DNA of 64,000 nucleotides from Eledone cirrhosa (GCA_964016885.1 OZ024744.1:68076001-68140000), one strand, 5' to 3'. Shown: positions 36,515 to 51,220, counted from the first letter of the stretch. Numbers and translations: made by a program. Notes: generated by a model from the sequence alone, not told the origin.

Positions 36515-36640
36515 AATAATAATAATAATAATAATAATAATAGTAATAATCATAATGATCTTTTATTGGCCACAAGGGCCTAAGATATTGGAAACAGTAA
36601 AAAAAGGGTGAAATACACAAGGAAACAACAAAGACATCAT
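36515..36640 (-). mobile_element. Tx1-like 3' end stub at a (TAA)n microsatellite
   Basis: Reverse complement GGCCCTTGTGGCCAATAAAAGATCATTAT matches the 3' end of copy A. Confidence 0.6.
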
Positions 36641-37439
36641 AATATTTTATGAAAGACTCCCAAAGTTTATAAAACATGCTAAAAAAATGTACACCATAAT
36701 TTTCATATAATCACACACACACACGCATCTATATACATACATACATGTGTCCGTTGTAATTACTTGGATTTTATGACCTAAAATTAAGTAAAAACTCCAT
36801 TCAGTGTTCAAAAGTTTGTTAAGAATCATATTAGACTTTGATACGTTGAATTTTAAGTACATATTTTTATCAGTATTTTCTAAAGTTTAGTTTTAAATTC
36901 TTTTGCTTTCATTCTAAGTAATTATAATAGTAATAATGGCAAATGTTTCAACCCCATTATCATGGCACATCTGAATAATCACACAAGTATGTATTGCAAG
37001 ATGATTTTAAGGGGAAGGTGAGTAAAATAGACCAGGATATAAAAAAAAAAAAAAAGAAATTAGGTGGTTTTAACGTACCACACCAGTTTATGCATATTTC
37101 TTTAAACAAAGTGCAATATATGCTAATTTATTTTTGTTTAAAACAATTTTACCACTTGTTTGGTAGTATTGTTTTTTAGTAAAATTTTAAAGTACTGTAA
37201 AACTTTTAGAGCCTTTTTCAGTGAGCCATACATTGCGAAATGTTGAAGTAAAAAATAAAAAATAAAAGAAGAAAAGAAAAGAATATGTGAGTCAGAGATT
37301 GATTGTACTGTCAGAATTCCAATAACAGATTTAACAGTCTTTCTATTATGACAAACCATACTTGGACCTTGGACGGATTATCTTAACAATGTTGATTTCT
37401 TTAAAATCAATGGACTTTTCTGTAAATACGTTTATGTCA

Positions 37440-37775
37440 AGTGGATTCACCGTTGGCTTTGACGATAGGTATACTTCAGTTGTTAATTAGATCAACTGAA
37501 TTATCTACTCGTATTAATGTGTAAGATGCTGAGTATTCCACAGATATGTGTACCGTTAATGTAATTCTCAGGCAAGCATGACATAGTTAGTGTATAAGAA
37601 AAACTAGCCTTTTGAATTACAGGTACTGACCATCCAACAGGCTTCCAGTTTCCGTCAACCCACTTTTGTTCACAAGACTTGGATTGACCCAAGGCCATGG
37701 TAGATGACACTTGTCCAAGACATCACATAGTGGGACCTCATGATTCAGAAGCAAACTTCTTAACCATCGCGTCAC
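37440..37775 (-). mobile_element. Decayed tRNA-derived SINE
   Basis: Minus strand TGGTTAAGAAGTTTGCTTC head and CTTGGACAAGTGTCATCTACCATGGCCTTGGG core; related segment at 59130-59290. Confidence 0.6.
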
Positions 37776-38470
37776 GTAAATATTGATACACACACACACG
37801 TGTGTATATATATATACATATACATATATATATACATATACATATATATACATATACAAATATATATACATATACATATATATACATATACAAATATATA
37901 CACACACACACACAGATATATATAAATATAAATTGACAGAGTGCGTACTAACTATCATAAATTATAAATTCTTAATTTATTAAAATTTCCTACACAGATA
38001 GAAATGGAAAATAAAAACCCAGGAGTTATTGTTAGCAACTATAAATGTTGAGGGGAGATAATTTTGAGAAGTTAAAACTAGATATATACTACTTAACTAT
38101 GATTTTATAAATATTCTTTATTTCCTTTTAGATCACATTGTTAAATAAATCTATTCCCTTTAATAGTTAATATGCATATCTTGCAGTTTAATCTTAACAG
38201 CTAATGAAGTTTCACTATCTTAAGTCTCTACCAAACCATCAATGTTCTTTATCATAATTTAGCCTAATTATCACTATACTATATTATATATGCTACATAA
38301 TAGTTCTCCATCATCCACTCAGAACTGTATATCAACAAGTAGAGATAAACAGAGATAGAAACTGAGAAGCAATATTCCATCTTTTTGCATGATTTCTAGA
38401 AGGAGCATGCCTCTATCAAATTCATTAGATCATCATCCTAAAATTAACATATAAATATAGATACATATAA

Positions 38471-38507
<37 letters not shown>

Positions 38508-38832
38508 CATACAAACACATGAAAACACACATGACATTAAGCAATATATACATATTTACATATGTAAGGTCTATATAAGTATGTATTCACAACTATTGTT
38601 GTTGGATATATATGTGCTTGTATATAAAATAATTGTATATGAATGTAATATACTAGATATGTGTACTGGTATTATATACACCTAAAATATATACTAAATA
38701 ATATTTCATACATTTACACATACCGATAAATATGTATCAATATATAACACAAGCAAGCATATATACTCCACTGATTGAACTGTCAGTGCATATACTGAAT
38801 GTACTAGTTAGTATTTTACAGATGAATAATGG

Positions 38833-38890
<58 letters not shown>

Positions 38891-39360
38891 CGTGTGCGTG
38901 TGCGTGTAATTCAAAATTAAAAGATATATGTATATACATCTTTTAATTTTGAATTATTATAGCCCCTGACAATGTCTATTGAGCTTTTTTATTGAGAAAC
39001 ACAAAAATCAAACATATTTGATGATTTGATACCTTGTGTTTGTATGTGTACATATATATATATATAAATGAAAGGTATAGAAAACATTGTAGCAAAAAGC
39101 CAACAGTATTCCATAATATATATATATATATATACATATACACATACACACAAATACAAACATTTAGTTATATAACAAAATATATATATAAAAAAAGAAG
39201 AAGAAAAAAGACTAGGTCCTTGTTGCCAAATTAGAATCTAGTTGACTCTATTGTAATAAAGAAGGTGCGTATATTCTGAGTAAATCAAGCATGACAACAA
39301 AAATTTTTAAATAAAAATAAATTTATACACAAAGCAGATTTCTATGATGAAACAGAAACA

Positions 39361-39577
39361 TTAACCCTTTAGCATTTAAACTGTCTGTATCTGACCAGAA
39401 TTCTCTCACTTCTTTCTGTTCAAACTGGACATAACCGGCTGCCACTTATACTGATGTTAAGGTATTGTTCTCAAATTAAATAACATCAAAATCTCAGATT
39501 CGATATTATGTGAGATAAAGCCTTTACCGTGAAAATATAATAGTTAATATAGAGTAAAGTAAATGCTAAAGGGTTAA
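39361..39577. mobile_element. piggyBac-type MITE
   Basis: TTAA|CCCTTTAGCATTTA ... TAAATGCTAAAGGG|TTAA: perfect 14-bp TIR with TTAA duplication. A partial third copy ends at ~44454. Confidence 0.9.
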
Positions 39578-40174
39578 AAAGCAGAGTTGCATATTACTGG
39601 TTATTTGTTTACTTTACATTGCAATTTTTTTTTTTCTGCAAAATTAGAAAGGGTGAATATATGAATTCAACTAAACAAAAGAAACCAGTGAACTAGATGC
39701 TATATGTAAAGCTATCTAGTGGCTATTTGCTATCAACCTGTGCCAAAAATTCATTTAGAAGGCAACAACAACAACAACAACAACAATTTCTTTTTTTTTG
39801 TTTGTTTGTTTGTTTGTTTTGATTTCATATGCATAAAGTTATGATTTAATAGAGAAGTGAAATGGGATTGTGAGGATCATGGCTGTTTTAAGGGCAGTTG
39901 TGGCATAAAGGAAGTAAATTGACTTTAACCGGGAATCAAAACTGGGTGAGTAAATGTCTTGCTGTATGGTTTTTTCCACTGCCATTTTTATTGTAGTAGT
40001 AGTAGTAGCAATAATAAACATAATGATAATTATAATTATAATAATGATATGCCTTAAATGTATAAACAGGAAACATTTTAACATTTATATCTATCCCCAA
40101 ATTATTATAAGCAATATTAGAAGAAAAAAAAAGTTTTAATTAGGAATTGAATTATCATTTACCTCTGAGCTAGA

Positions 40175-40372
40175 TAATAATAATAATAATAATAATGTTT
40201 CTTTTGGCACAAGGCCAGCAATTACCCTAGTGCATTACTGGTGCTTTATTTTATCAACCCTGTAAGGATGAAAGGCAAAGTTAACCACAGGGGGATTTGA
40301 ACTCAGAACCTAAAAGGCCATAACTCTATGCTGCAAAGCATGGTGTCTGACGTTCTACTGATACTGCCAAAC
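40175..40372 (-). mobile_element. tRNA-derived SINE between (AAT)n runs
   Basis: Same family as 8004-8240. Confidence 0.85.
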
Positions 40373-41036
40373 CAATAATAATAATAATAATAATAATTTC
40401 TTTATTATTTATTTATTTATTTAATAATAATAATAATAAATATAATAAAAAATAACTAACAACAATAACATAAGATTTTTAAGTTAGGCATAAGGCCAAC
40501 CAACTATTTGAGGAAGGACAGGAGATAGTCAATTACATCAACACATCCAAGTACAAGAAAAGGAAGTTGAACTCAGATATTGGCAATCGACCCGGCCACC
40601 CCCAATATATGACTAGTGTAACTTATTTCATCAATGCTACAGTGAAGAAATTTTAAGACTGACCATAACATGATTTTAGACATTTCAGTACCAGACACTA
40701 TAAGAATATCCAGTCCAACTCTCCATTGCCTTCACTGGACGCTATAGGTGCATTATGTCACCAATAGAATAATCTCCCCTTAATACAGTGTCAAGGGAAG
40801 CAATTCATAAAAATAACAAGAAGGCTAAAGGTTAATAAATGTCTAATTAGATATCAACTAATTCCAAAGCTTTCATTTATTCTATACTTTTTTTCTTCTT
40901 ATAAATACTATTTATAAATTTCTAATTCAATGATGAAAAGACCTTCTAAGTAAATAAAATATAATTAATATTTAAAAAAATTACACCGGGTAGTCATTTA
41001 AATTTCCCACTTTAAATAGTCTAACTTTCTCTCTGC

Positions 41037-41078
<42 letters not shown>

Positions 41079-41221
41079 ATGTATATATACTTAGATGTAA
41101 TACTTTCAAACATAAGCTAAAAAACCCAAATCACATCATCTAAGTATAAACATTATTTTGGGGTTTGTGTATACACATATTTTCTTGCTTTTCCATTGTA
41201 CAAACAATACATTTGATTGAC

Positions 41222-41264
<43 letters not shown>

Positions 41265-41643
41265 TTAATAATAATAATAATAATAGTAGTAGTAGTAATT
41301 GGAGATAAGATTTGATAAATGTAAAATGAATTGAAACAAGAAATATGGCATTTTCAATATTTCATTTTATAATTTATCATACTTAAGCATTTTTTAAGAC
41401 TACAAATATTTGATAAGATATATATACTTGCATGTATGCATGTATATATCTATCTATCTCTATGTATATACATCATACATACACACACACTTCACAAAAC
41501 AAAATTACTTATATTTTCTTTAGCTGCAGGTTGCATAGACAAGGCAAAGGATTTTTAGGCACCTGATAATATATGCATGTATAATTGTATGTGCGTGTGT
41601 GTAAAATATATATGTATATATTTTACACATACGAATGTATGTG

Positions 41644-41676
<33 letters not shown>

Positions 41677-42187
41677 ATATATATCACACACACATATTAT
41701 AAGAATGTATGATTGAATGTGTATGTGTGTAAAGTACACATATATATATATATATATATACATATAAACACATACACATATACATAAACACATGCACGCA
41801 CATATATAAATACACACTACATACACATACACATACAAATACACACACACATACAATTATACTTATATAAACACGTGTGTGTGAGTGTGTGTATACATTA
41901 CATATTTATTTAATGAATGGGCTTTAAAATATATATTAAAATATAAATTTCTCATAATAAAAATGAAAAAAAAAAAATTGACTTCTCCATTCTGTATAGT
42001 TAAGCATAAAGTAACTGTGCTTGTATGTGTGTGTGTATATATATAATATATATACACACACACACATATATATATATACATACATAATATATACATACAC
42101 ATACATACATATATATACATACACATATACATATATATACATACACATATACACACATATATATATATATATACATATATATACATG

Positions 42188-42277
<90 letters not shown>

Positions 42278-42690
42278 CATACATATATATATATATATAT
42301 ACATATACACATACATATATCAACACACATGTATGTGTGTATATGTGTGTATGTATAAACAAAATAATAAGAAGAACAAGTTTATTTTTTAAATTACATA
42401 GGCATAAAGCCCTAGGAATTATATAAGTGACTGTGAGGTTCATACCTCTCCAAAGTACTTTAGTGATGTAAATGAAATGGTTCCAAACCAATGGGAATCA
42501 AAACTGGATTAATTTGATTTGTTGGGGGAAGGGTATTAAAAAAACATGAATTAACACATCACAGTGCTCATAATTATAATAATGATGATAATAATAATAT
42601 TAATAGAACTAATGATATAATAATAATAATGAAGATGATGATGATGATGGATGTAAATAATTTGTCGTATATATATAGAAGCAAAAAAAA

Positions 42691-42735
<45 letters not shown>

Positions 42736-43425
42736 CAAAAGAAAAGAAAATCAAAATCAAAAATGCCCAGAAATATATATAATTATATAATAATGACTGT
42801 CTTAATTCCTGGACATGTTCTATGCAATCTATTGCTGCATAGTGAAATATACCTTCATTTTTTAGCGGAGGTATATTGTTGTTTTTATTGTTAATTATTA
42901 CATAAAAAAAGAAATATATATATATATATATATATATAATATGTATATAGTATATATAATATATGTATTACATATAATATATATTACATATATAATATAC
43001 ACGCATACGCACACACATATATATATATATATAAATATATATAAATATATATACTTATATATATTCCTTTTAACAAATAGAGGGTGGTGGAAAATTTCAG
43101 CAGTAAAATTTAATATTCTGCCCGATATTTGATGACAATCAAAATTTGAAATCCAGACAGCCGTTTACTCTACTCCAAGACTATAATATACATCAAATCT
43201 ATATTTTGTTAAATTTCATTTATTTATCTCATTTATTCTCTTGCTTCTATGTATAGACTTTCTCTCTTTCTTCTTTTATTTATTTATTTTTGAGAGGTTG
43301 AAAGACCCTCTTCTTCCATTTCAACAGATCTCATTATTCAATCTGATTCAGAGTCCAGTCCTGTGTTCTGTTCTCTTTTGCTTTTTTTTTTTTCTATTTA
43401 TTATCTCATATAGTTTCTCTCAAAT

Positions 43426-43509
43426 TTATAGTGAGGCCAAATACAGTTTACGGTTTTCTGGTAGGACAGGCCCCCAGTTTGGAGCTGGCTTAATCAGTAA
43501 TTTTACTCT
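43426..43509 (-). CDS. SLC6 Na+/Cl- dependent amino-acid transporter, last coding exon
   Basis: ttccag|RVKLLIKPAPNWGPVLPENRKLYLASL*; PxxxWGP is typical of SLC6 C-termini; phase 0. Confidence 0.9.
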   Translation of the reverse strand, partial: RVKLLIKPAPNWGPVLPENRKLYLASL

Positions 43510-43807
43510 CTGGAATTTAAAATAAAAAGAAGTTTAATAGAATTTAAGAAGATAAAAAATGATTATATAACAGGCATAATATATTACATATTTATGTTTC
43601 CACTACACATAAGCCTTTAATTAGTCAATAAAAAGGAAGAATAATTCATTAAACTGAATTTAAAATATTACTGGTTCCTATTTATCAAATGATGCCAGTT
43701 TATATATTATTTTCTGAATACATGAGGTGGTGTAGATATCTCAGATGAATGTTTAAAAGAAAACAGAACTCGTCCATTAAGAGACATTAATTTAGTATTT
43801 ATGTGTG

Positions 43808-43998
<191 letters not shown>

Positions 43999-44041
43999 AA
44001 ATGGAGAAAGAAAGGAAATGAAACAGGCAGAAGCTACATAC

Positions 44042-44209
44042 TTCCATGAACGTTCCTTCAGCTTTGTATATGGAATAAATCATCACCACAGGAACTGGAA
44101 CCAAAGAAACCAATCCAAGAGTCCAGCCAAATCTTATGGCCCATGGCGGGTACTGAATATCACCATATGTCACAGGTCCTAATGTACAAACACTGAACAA
44201 CCAGATAAA
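44042..44209 (-). CDS. SLC6 transporter exon (TM11-TM12)
   Basis: tttag|FIWLFSVCTLGPVTYGDIQYPPWAIRFGWTLGLVSLVPVPVVMIYSIYKAEGTFME|gtatgt; 168 bp. Confidence 0.95.
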
Positions 44210-46313
44210 CTAAACAAGAAAAAGAAAAAAAAAACATTTTCAATAATGATGATAGATGTAAAAATTTTAAACATTAAAACAAGGAAAAAAGCATTTATAA
44301 AAATATTGATTTCTTAACAACACAACATTCCAGTAGATGAAAGGGAAATATAATTTGTGGGCGAGATATGAACTAAATAAAGGGATTGTTAATTATATGA
44401 AATATAGAGTTTACCATGAAAATACAATAGAGTATTATAAATGCTAAAGGGTTAAAAAATATTTAGTCTGACAAAACAATGTGTATAATAAGTGAAAAAT
44501 TATTGGAAATCATCATCATCATCATTAACTTCAACATTTCAATATATATTCTCCCACATTGACATGTCTTGGATAATTTTTGTGTCAACTCTTTTGACTG
44601 CTCTGCCAGACATTGGACGCTTAGCACCATTAAGTTGGTTCCAAAGAGCCGGTCTCGCCACTTTGGTAAGTGTGGTGATATTTTTTCTGAATTTCAACTT
44701 AAAAATGCAAAGAGCTAACATATACAAGGCATTTTATCCAACACTCTTAACCATTCTGGCAATATACTGCCCTAGACTGAATAAGGGAATAACTGAATGA
44801 GAGGAACAAAGGCATACTTAAAATAGTCAATATCAGTATTTTGCTGGTACTAATATTATTTAACAAGTAAGCTTCCATACAGTCGCTCGACTACCTAGAA
44901 ACAGCAGCCAAATCTCCTTCAAATCACATCAAACTCTTTTAAAAGAGAATACATTTGCTAATGTAGTTATTATGGTATCCCCTCACCCAAAAAAGGATGG
45001 GATGGTTACGATTGGAATGCCTTTGACAATAAAGCTGCTGAATAAGAGTTTATTTAGCTAAACAATAAGAGCTGTATTATGAGCATTTGGGATGGGGGTT
45101 TGAACTAAAAACAATTAAATAATGCAAGTTACTGTCTGACACATTAACTACCTTCAGAACATGTCAGGAGCAACTGGGTAACTGAATGAATCAACTCCCA
45201 GTTTATGACTGGTTACTTATTTCATCTACCCATGATTCAAATTCTGAATATAAATGGGAAATAACTGAATACATACGACAAAGAAAAAAATTTCCCTGGT
45301 GCTCTCCCTTGGAATTTTAAGTGTGCAGTGCCCGGATATAAATTAAAATGATTTTTTAATTTTTTATTTATGAGGTAGTGATTACATATGGCAGAATCAG
45401 AAAAGCTTTAATCAAAATGCCTTGCCATGTGTTTATCAGTGTTTCTTCACATCCTGAATTCTAATTTTGCAAAGACCAATTTTTCCTTTCATCCAGCCAG
45501 TGTTGATTGACTATTCTCTCTTCCCAAGAGGACTGTTTCATGATGTATACTATATATAATTATGTGTATATATATTTATATATATATAACTGAAAAGTGG
45601 GTTAGATTTAAAAGGTAACGAGTCAGAAGGGAATTGAGAAAGTTGAGGTAGAAATCAAAAGTGGGAGAAGGAAAGAAAACAAAAAGGAAGAATAGCTGCC
45701 AGGAAGGAAATATATCTAGCCCCTCCCACTCCCTCAATAATGTATAGTTAATCTCCCAAATTTTGAAACTAATAAATTGCTAAAGTAACTTTCAATCATT
45801 CTTCTTTTTCTGTTATTTTCCTTCTCCCACTTTTTGCTTTCTACTTTCTACTCTCAGAACCCTTCCAAATTGTTAGCTTTGTAATCTATCCGACTTACAT
45901 TGAATGGCTTTCTAAACTCACATACCCACTCTTCAGGTTCATATTCCAACAATGCTTCAAGCAAACTATCACACCTTATATGTATATATAATTTTTCCCC
46001 TGACCATCCTAGTTCCATGTAACCAGTCCTTGTAATGTAACCTATATCTGACACACTTGTGGCAAATAAATGAAATCATTATTTCATTGGTTAAGACAAA
46101 ATATTTATCAAATGAGTTATAGTAATGGTCAAATAAAAACTGAAAAATTAACACTTTAGCATACACTATCAAAAATAATACAAAATATCTCACTATCTGC
46201 TTTGAAATATCAATTTTTGCTTTTAGTTTCAACTGCTTTCCCCCAAAGTTAATAAATAACATCAAAATACTAAGTTTGATTAAAGTGATTACACCAATCC
46301 CAGACAATACTTG

Positions 46314-46390
46314 AGAATAGGACCAAGTGTGAGGTATAGAATAGGACCAAGTGTGAGGTATAGAATAGGACCAAGTGTGAGGTATAGAAT
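46314..46390. repeat. 24-bp tandem repeat, ~3 copies
   Basis: GACCAAGTGTGAGGTATAGAATAG repeated. Confidence 0.9.
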
Positions 46391-46461
46391 ATGCCTTTTA
46401 AGATTTAGAAAATGGCATTTTACAATATTAAAAATCCTGAAATAAAAAAAAATCTAGTTAC

Positions 46462-46562
46462 CAGAATGACTGCAGGTGTGATAAAACACCAAGATATCTT
46501 CCACCAACGACACGGTTGGTAACCAATCATAAGTTCAATATCTTTATAAAATCGATCAGCAC
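46462..46562 (-). CDS. SLC6 transporter exon (IL5-TM11), missed by the ORF track
   Basis: ttgcag|(G)[33 protein letters not shown]|gtaact; 101 bp; phases match neighbouring exons. Confidence 0.95.
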
Positions 46563-46744
46563 CTGCAAGTTAAATGAAAGAAATTATGACAGTACTAAAT
46601 TACCAGATAAGAGTAAGTAAATGATAATGTCAAAACCAGTATTCTTATTATACTGTTACATTTATGTATGTGTGTGATTGTATGTATGTATGTATGTATG
46701 TGATATATGTAATTATTGCTTGTTCTTTATTATATATTATCATT

Positions 46745-48305
46745 ATAATAATAATGAAATTATTGTGTAAAGTGCTCAGGTGCACTACAACTCGTCAAAG
46801 GTGCATGTATAGTACATAGAATAATACACAAATGTCAGGGAAGTACATGCGTGTATGTGTTAGCTGTAGTGTTGGCGGATCTCGGGAAGCATGGAGGCCT
46901 TAAAGGATGCAGTGTCTCGACAGCTAACAACTGATGCAGGTAGTTTGTTCCATGCTTCAGCAACTCTGAGCGTGAAAAAATGTTTCCGAAAGTCATGGGA
47001 ACTGTGCTGTTTTCTTACTTTGTGGGCATGTCCACGTGTGTTAGACAACATGGTTAACAATTTTGTGGGTGTTTACCAAGTCAGTTGCCAGGTGTTGGAG
47101 CTTCAATGAATCCATGCCCAGGGAAGCTAGGTGCTCAGAGTATGGTAGATGCCTGATGGAGGGTATTCGCTTGGTTGCACATCTCTGAACAGTTTCCAGG
47201 CGGTCAATGTTCTGAGCAAGATAGGGGTTCCAGACTGGTGATGCAAATTCCAAGTGTGGTCGCACCATAGCTGTGTACAGCCTTAAATAGATACCTGGAG
47301 AGCAGCTGACAAAGGTCTTGCTGAGTGATGCTAAGACACCCTCGGCCCTCTTGACAATTTTAGAGACGTGCCTCGTCCAACGCAAATCGCTGCTGACCGT
47401 AATGCCCAGGTCACGTTCACAGGAAGATTTCTTGATATTAGTGCTGTGGAGGGAGTATGTGGACGCTGGATTTTTCCTCCCAAAATGCATGATGGTGCAC
47501 TTGTCCACAGCTAGCTTGAGTTGCCAGTCTGAGATCCATTGTTGCATTGTGTCCAGGTCAGACTGCAAGCAAGATCTATAGTGTTCAGGATCTGTCCTTT
47601 TTATCTCAAGGTACAGCTTGATGTCGTCTGCGTACTTTAGTACTGTGGCATTCCTTAAGTTGGCATCTATGTCATTAATATATGCCACAAACAAAAGGGG
47701 CCAAGAACAGATCCCTGTGGTACACCAGATGACATCTCATATGGTGAGGAATGCTGTCCCAGAACCGTGACTACCTCTCTTCGACTGAGAATGAAGGACT
47801 TCAGCCAGTTAAAAAGATCATCCTTCACACCCATTGCAGAAAGTTTTGCCATAAGCCTTTTGTGTGGCACAGAATTGAAGGCCTTCGCAAAGTCAAGGTA
47901 AACAACATCCACTCATGAGCTGCCATCAGTGATCCGGGTGGGTGATGTCCTCAAGAAACTCTATAAGTTGATCACAGCAGCTGGAGTTGGGGATAAATCC
48001 AAATTGCGAGGGCCGGATAAGACTGAGAGCTCCAGAAGTTCCAAAGTGTTTCTCTGACACAGGATTCCATCAGTTTGGCGATGCAACTAGTAAGACTGAC
48101 CGGACGATAGTTCACAGGTGATGTGCGGTTACCCTTTTTGAACAAAGGAATGACACTGGCAGTTTTCCACTGTTCTGGAGTAGCACTGTTGTTCAGACAG
48201 AATTGGAAGAAGCGTGATAACTGGTGTAGAAGGAAGTACCCACCACGTTTAAGAAGCAGGTACGTAACACCATCAAGACCAGGAGAGGCATGGTTGCGTT
48301 TATTT
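46745..48305 (-). mobile_element. CR1-clade LINE, 5'-truncated
   Basis: SPGLDG, NYRPVSLT, YLDFAKAF, GVPQGSVLGP, YADD, ERDLG, RPHLEFA..WNP, TRGH..FFTLRV..WNKLP; (ATT)n tail. Confidence 0.92.
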
Positions 48306-48494
48306 TTTATTATTACTGTTGTATTAAAATGAATCAGGTAGTTTTACAATTCAAGCTTCATTAACTTTTTAATGACCTTATGTTTAATGATAATACACTA
48401 TTCCAATTAATTAGAAAACAATTTAGATGATTTACTAAGATTATTAATTCTATTATTAATTCTACAGAAAAAAGCGAAATAAATCTTCTAACCA

Positions 48495-49590
48495 TCTCAA
48501 GCAAGTGACAAAGAAGCAGTGCTTGAATTTGAACAGTGCATAGCAACCAATCCTGACAGTAAGGTGTTCTGGAAATATGTTCATTCAAAGTAGAGACCTC
48601 ACTCTCCAGTTGGTCCTCTTCGCAATTCCCACACAAGCCAGATCACTGATGATCCCAAAGAATGCGCAGAACACATTGCTGAGTGCTATGCAACTATTTT
48701 TACTGTTGAAAACCAGAATGTACCATCTCCACCATCTCTAACATCAAATTCCATAACAACTATGGAATTTACACCTGCAATGTTGCGACGTCACCTTAAG
48801 AATAAGTGCAACTATGCCTCCCCTGGTCTTGATGGTGTTACATACCTGCTTCTCAAATGTGGCGGGTATTTCCTTTTGCGCCAGCTTTCTTTCTTCTTTC
48901 AATACTGTCTCAACAACGGTGCTACTCCGGAGCAGTGTAAATCTGCCAGTGTCATTCCCCTGTTCAAAAAGGGCAACCGCATGTCACCTGTCAACTATCG
49001 TCCAGTCAGTCTTACTAGCTGTATGGCCAAACTGATGGAGCCCTGTGTCAGAGAAACACTTTGGAACTTCTGGAGCTCTCACAGCCTCATCCGGCCCTCA
49101 CAGTTTGGATTTATCCCTAACTCCAGCTGCTCCGACGTCTGGCAATGGACTTGGTAAATACCCACAAAGTTATTAACCATCTCGCCAACAACAACCCTGA
49201 GCACCTTTTTGATCTCCATGTGTCTAACACACGTGGACATGCCTACAAAATCAGAAAACAGCACAGCTCCCATGACTTTCATAGACATTTTTTCACGCTC
49301 AGAGTTGCTGAAGCATGGAACAAACTGCCTGCGTCAGTTGTTAGCTGCCGAGACACTGCATCCCTTAAGACACTCATGCTTCCTGAAATACGCCAAAACT
49401 ACACCTGATGTACCCCTTCCATACACATGCACACATGTGTGTATCATGACTCATGCACTGTTCATTTTCCTGACGTTTATACATTACCTATGTACTATAC
49501 ATACACTTTTTGATGAGTTGTAGTGCATCTGAGCACTGTACACAATATTTCATTATTATTATTATTATTATTATCATTATTATTATCATG
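48495..49590 (+). mobile_element. CR1-clade LINE, internally deleted, inverted relative to 46745-48305
   Basis: SPGLDG and NYRPVSLT joined at ~49130 directly to the TRGH/WNKLP C-terminus, so the RT core is missing; (ATT)n tail. Confidence 0.92.
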
Positions 49591-49888
49591 ATTGTACTTG
49601 TACGGTAACTTATTTATCATCGTTTTAATGCCTGCTTTCCATGCAAGCAAGGGTTCGATAGGTCTACATAGACCAAGTCAGTACTACTGACCTCCCAGAA
49701 AGGCCAGGGATCCGGATCTCACTTGAGTTCGTATATTAAATTTGTGTAAGAAGATCTTAATTAGAAACCTTTTAAACTGAGTGGTTTTGTTTCATAGAAC
49801 CAGAGGCAGTTTTGAGCAGGTTTGTATCAAAAGGGGTAAAACTATATACTCATATCGATCTCTATATATATATAAAGCATATATCTAC

Positions 49889-49988
49889 CATAAATCCATG
49901 CAATGACAACACATTCTGCCAGAGAAATCAACATGAGGGAGAAACTTGCACAATACCAATCCATGATTTGTAATACATAGATACCGCC
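49889..49988 (-). CDS. SLC6 transporter exon (TM10)
   Basis: ttacag|GGIYVLQIMDWYCASFSLMLISLAECVVIAWIYG|gtagat; 100 bp; ends in phase 1. Confidence 0.95.
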
Positions 49989-50149
49989 CTGTAAAATATA
50001 AAACAAAACAAAACAAAAATAAAAATATGACAACATACATTCATTGCATGACTGAGTAATTAAGCTGCTGAGCTATTAATGAATTCTTGACTTCAATATT
50101 ACCACTAACATTATCCATCTTTATCAACATCCCAAATATCCTCATCATT

Positions 50150-50490
50150 ACCATCTTCTTCTTCGCCCACTTATTCCTGAGAGGGTCGTGGGGGCAGAGT
50201 CCTCAAACACTCCTTCCAGTGGGTCCTGTCAGAAACAACCGTCTCCATCTGATCCTACTGGATACCCAAGCATGACTACCCAAGCTCATGGATGTTATCC
50301 AACCATGTTGCTGAAGATCTACCCATGGATCTCATGCCGGCTGCTTTTGCCCATAAAATCTGTCTAGCGATTCTTTTCTGAGATTTTCTAATCACATGCC
50401 CGTAGTATCGGAGTGTGATCTCTCAAGTTGGAGAAGTAGCACAGCTCTATCTGGAGTGATTCTCTGGTCTCCAAGTGATGCACTTTATCG
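50150..50490 (-). mobile_element. RTE-like LINE 3' stub
   Basis: Minus strand LRYYGHVIRK..IARQIL..GRSSATWLD followed by a (GAA)n/(GAT)n-like tail. Confidence 0.6.
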
Positions 50491-50636
50491 AGCGTTCATG
50501 ATATATATACTGGATGCATTTTGTCACGGCACCGCGCCACTACCCCTACACATAACAGGATTTTTTTCGTTCATTTCAAATAAGAAGGAAAACACACACA
50601 CATACACCCACACAAAAAATTCAAAGCAATACGAAC

Positions 50637-50768
50637 CTGAGTGATACAGGGAAGACCAAGCAGGAGCTCAACAAAGCAAGAAACAGCACATATCAATGTT
50701 TTCTTTCCTCGTAAGTAGTCAGGATATTCATCCATGAAGGCACTCAACATCGTCTCAAACATCCCAAA
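50637..50768 (-). CDS. SLC6 transporter exon (TM8 end-TM9); glycine/proline transporter-like subfamily. Upstream exons are not found in the window.
   Basis: tatcag|FGMFETMLSAFMDEYPDYLRGKKTLICAVSCFVELLLGLPCITQ|gttcgt; 132 bp. The five exons splice in frame to a stop. Confidence 0.95.
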
Positions 50769-50955
50769 CTGATAAAATACATTCAAAATTGTATGAGCAA
50801 AAATAGAAAAATAACAATGAATATTAAAAAAAAAAAAAAATAACAAATAATAAACAAATAAATTGAAAAAAAAATGACTTCTGAAAAATAGATCTGACTG
50901 AGAATAAATCCATAATGAAAGGAAAATAATAATAAATAAATAAATAATGATAGTG

Positions 50956-50988
<33 letters not shown>

Positions 50989-50994
50989 GTAATA

Positions 50995-51220
50995 GTAATA
51001 ATAATGGTTTCTGATTTAGGTACAAGGCCAGCAATTTTGAGGGAGAGGGCAAAGTCAATTAAATCGACCCCAGTACATGACTGGTACTTTATTTTATCGA
51101 CCCCCAGAAGGATGAAAGGCAAAGTTGACCTCAGCCAGATTTGAACCCCAAAAACATAAAGATCTGGAACAAATGCTGCAAAGCATTTTGTTCCAACACA
51201 CTAATGATTCCACCAGTTTC
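50995..51220 (-). mobile_element. tRNA-derived SINE at an (AAT)n run
   Basis: Same family as 8004-8240. Confidence 0.85.
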
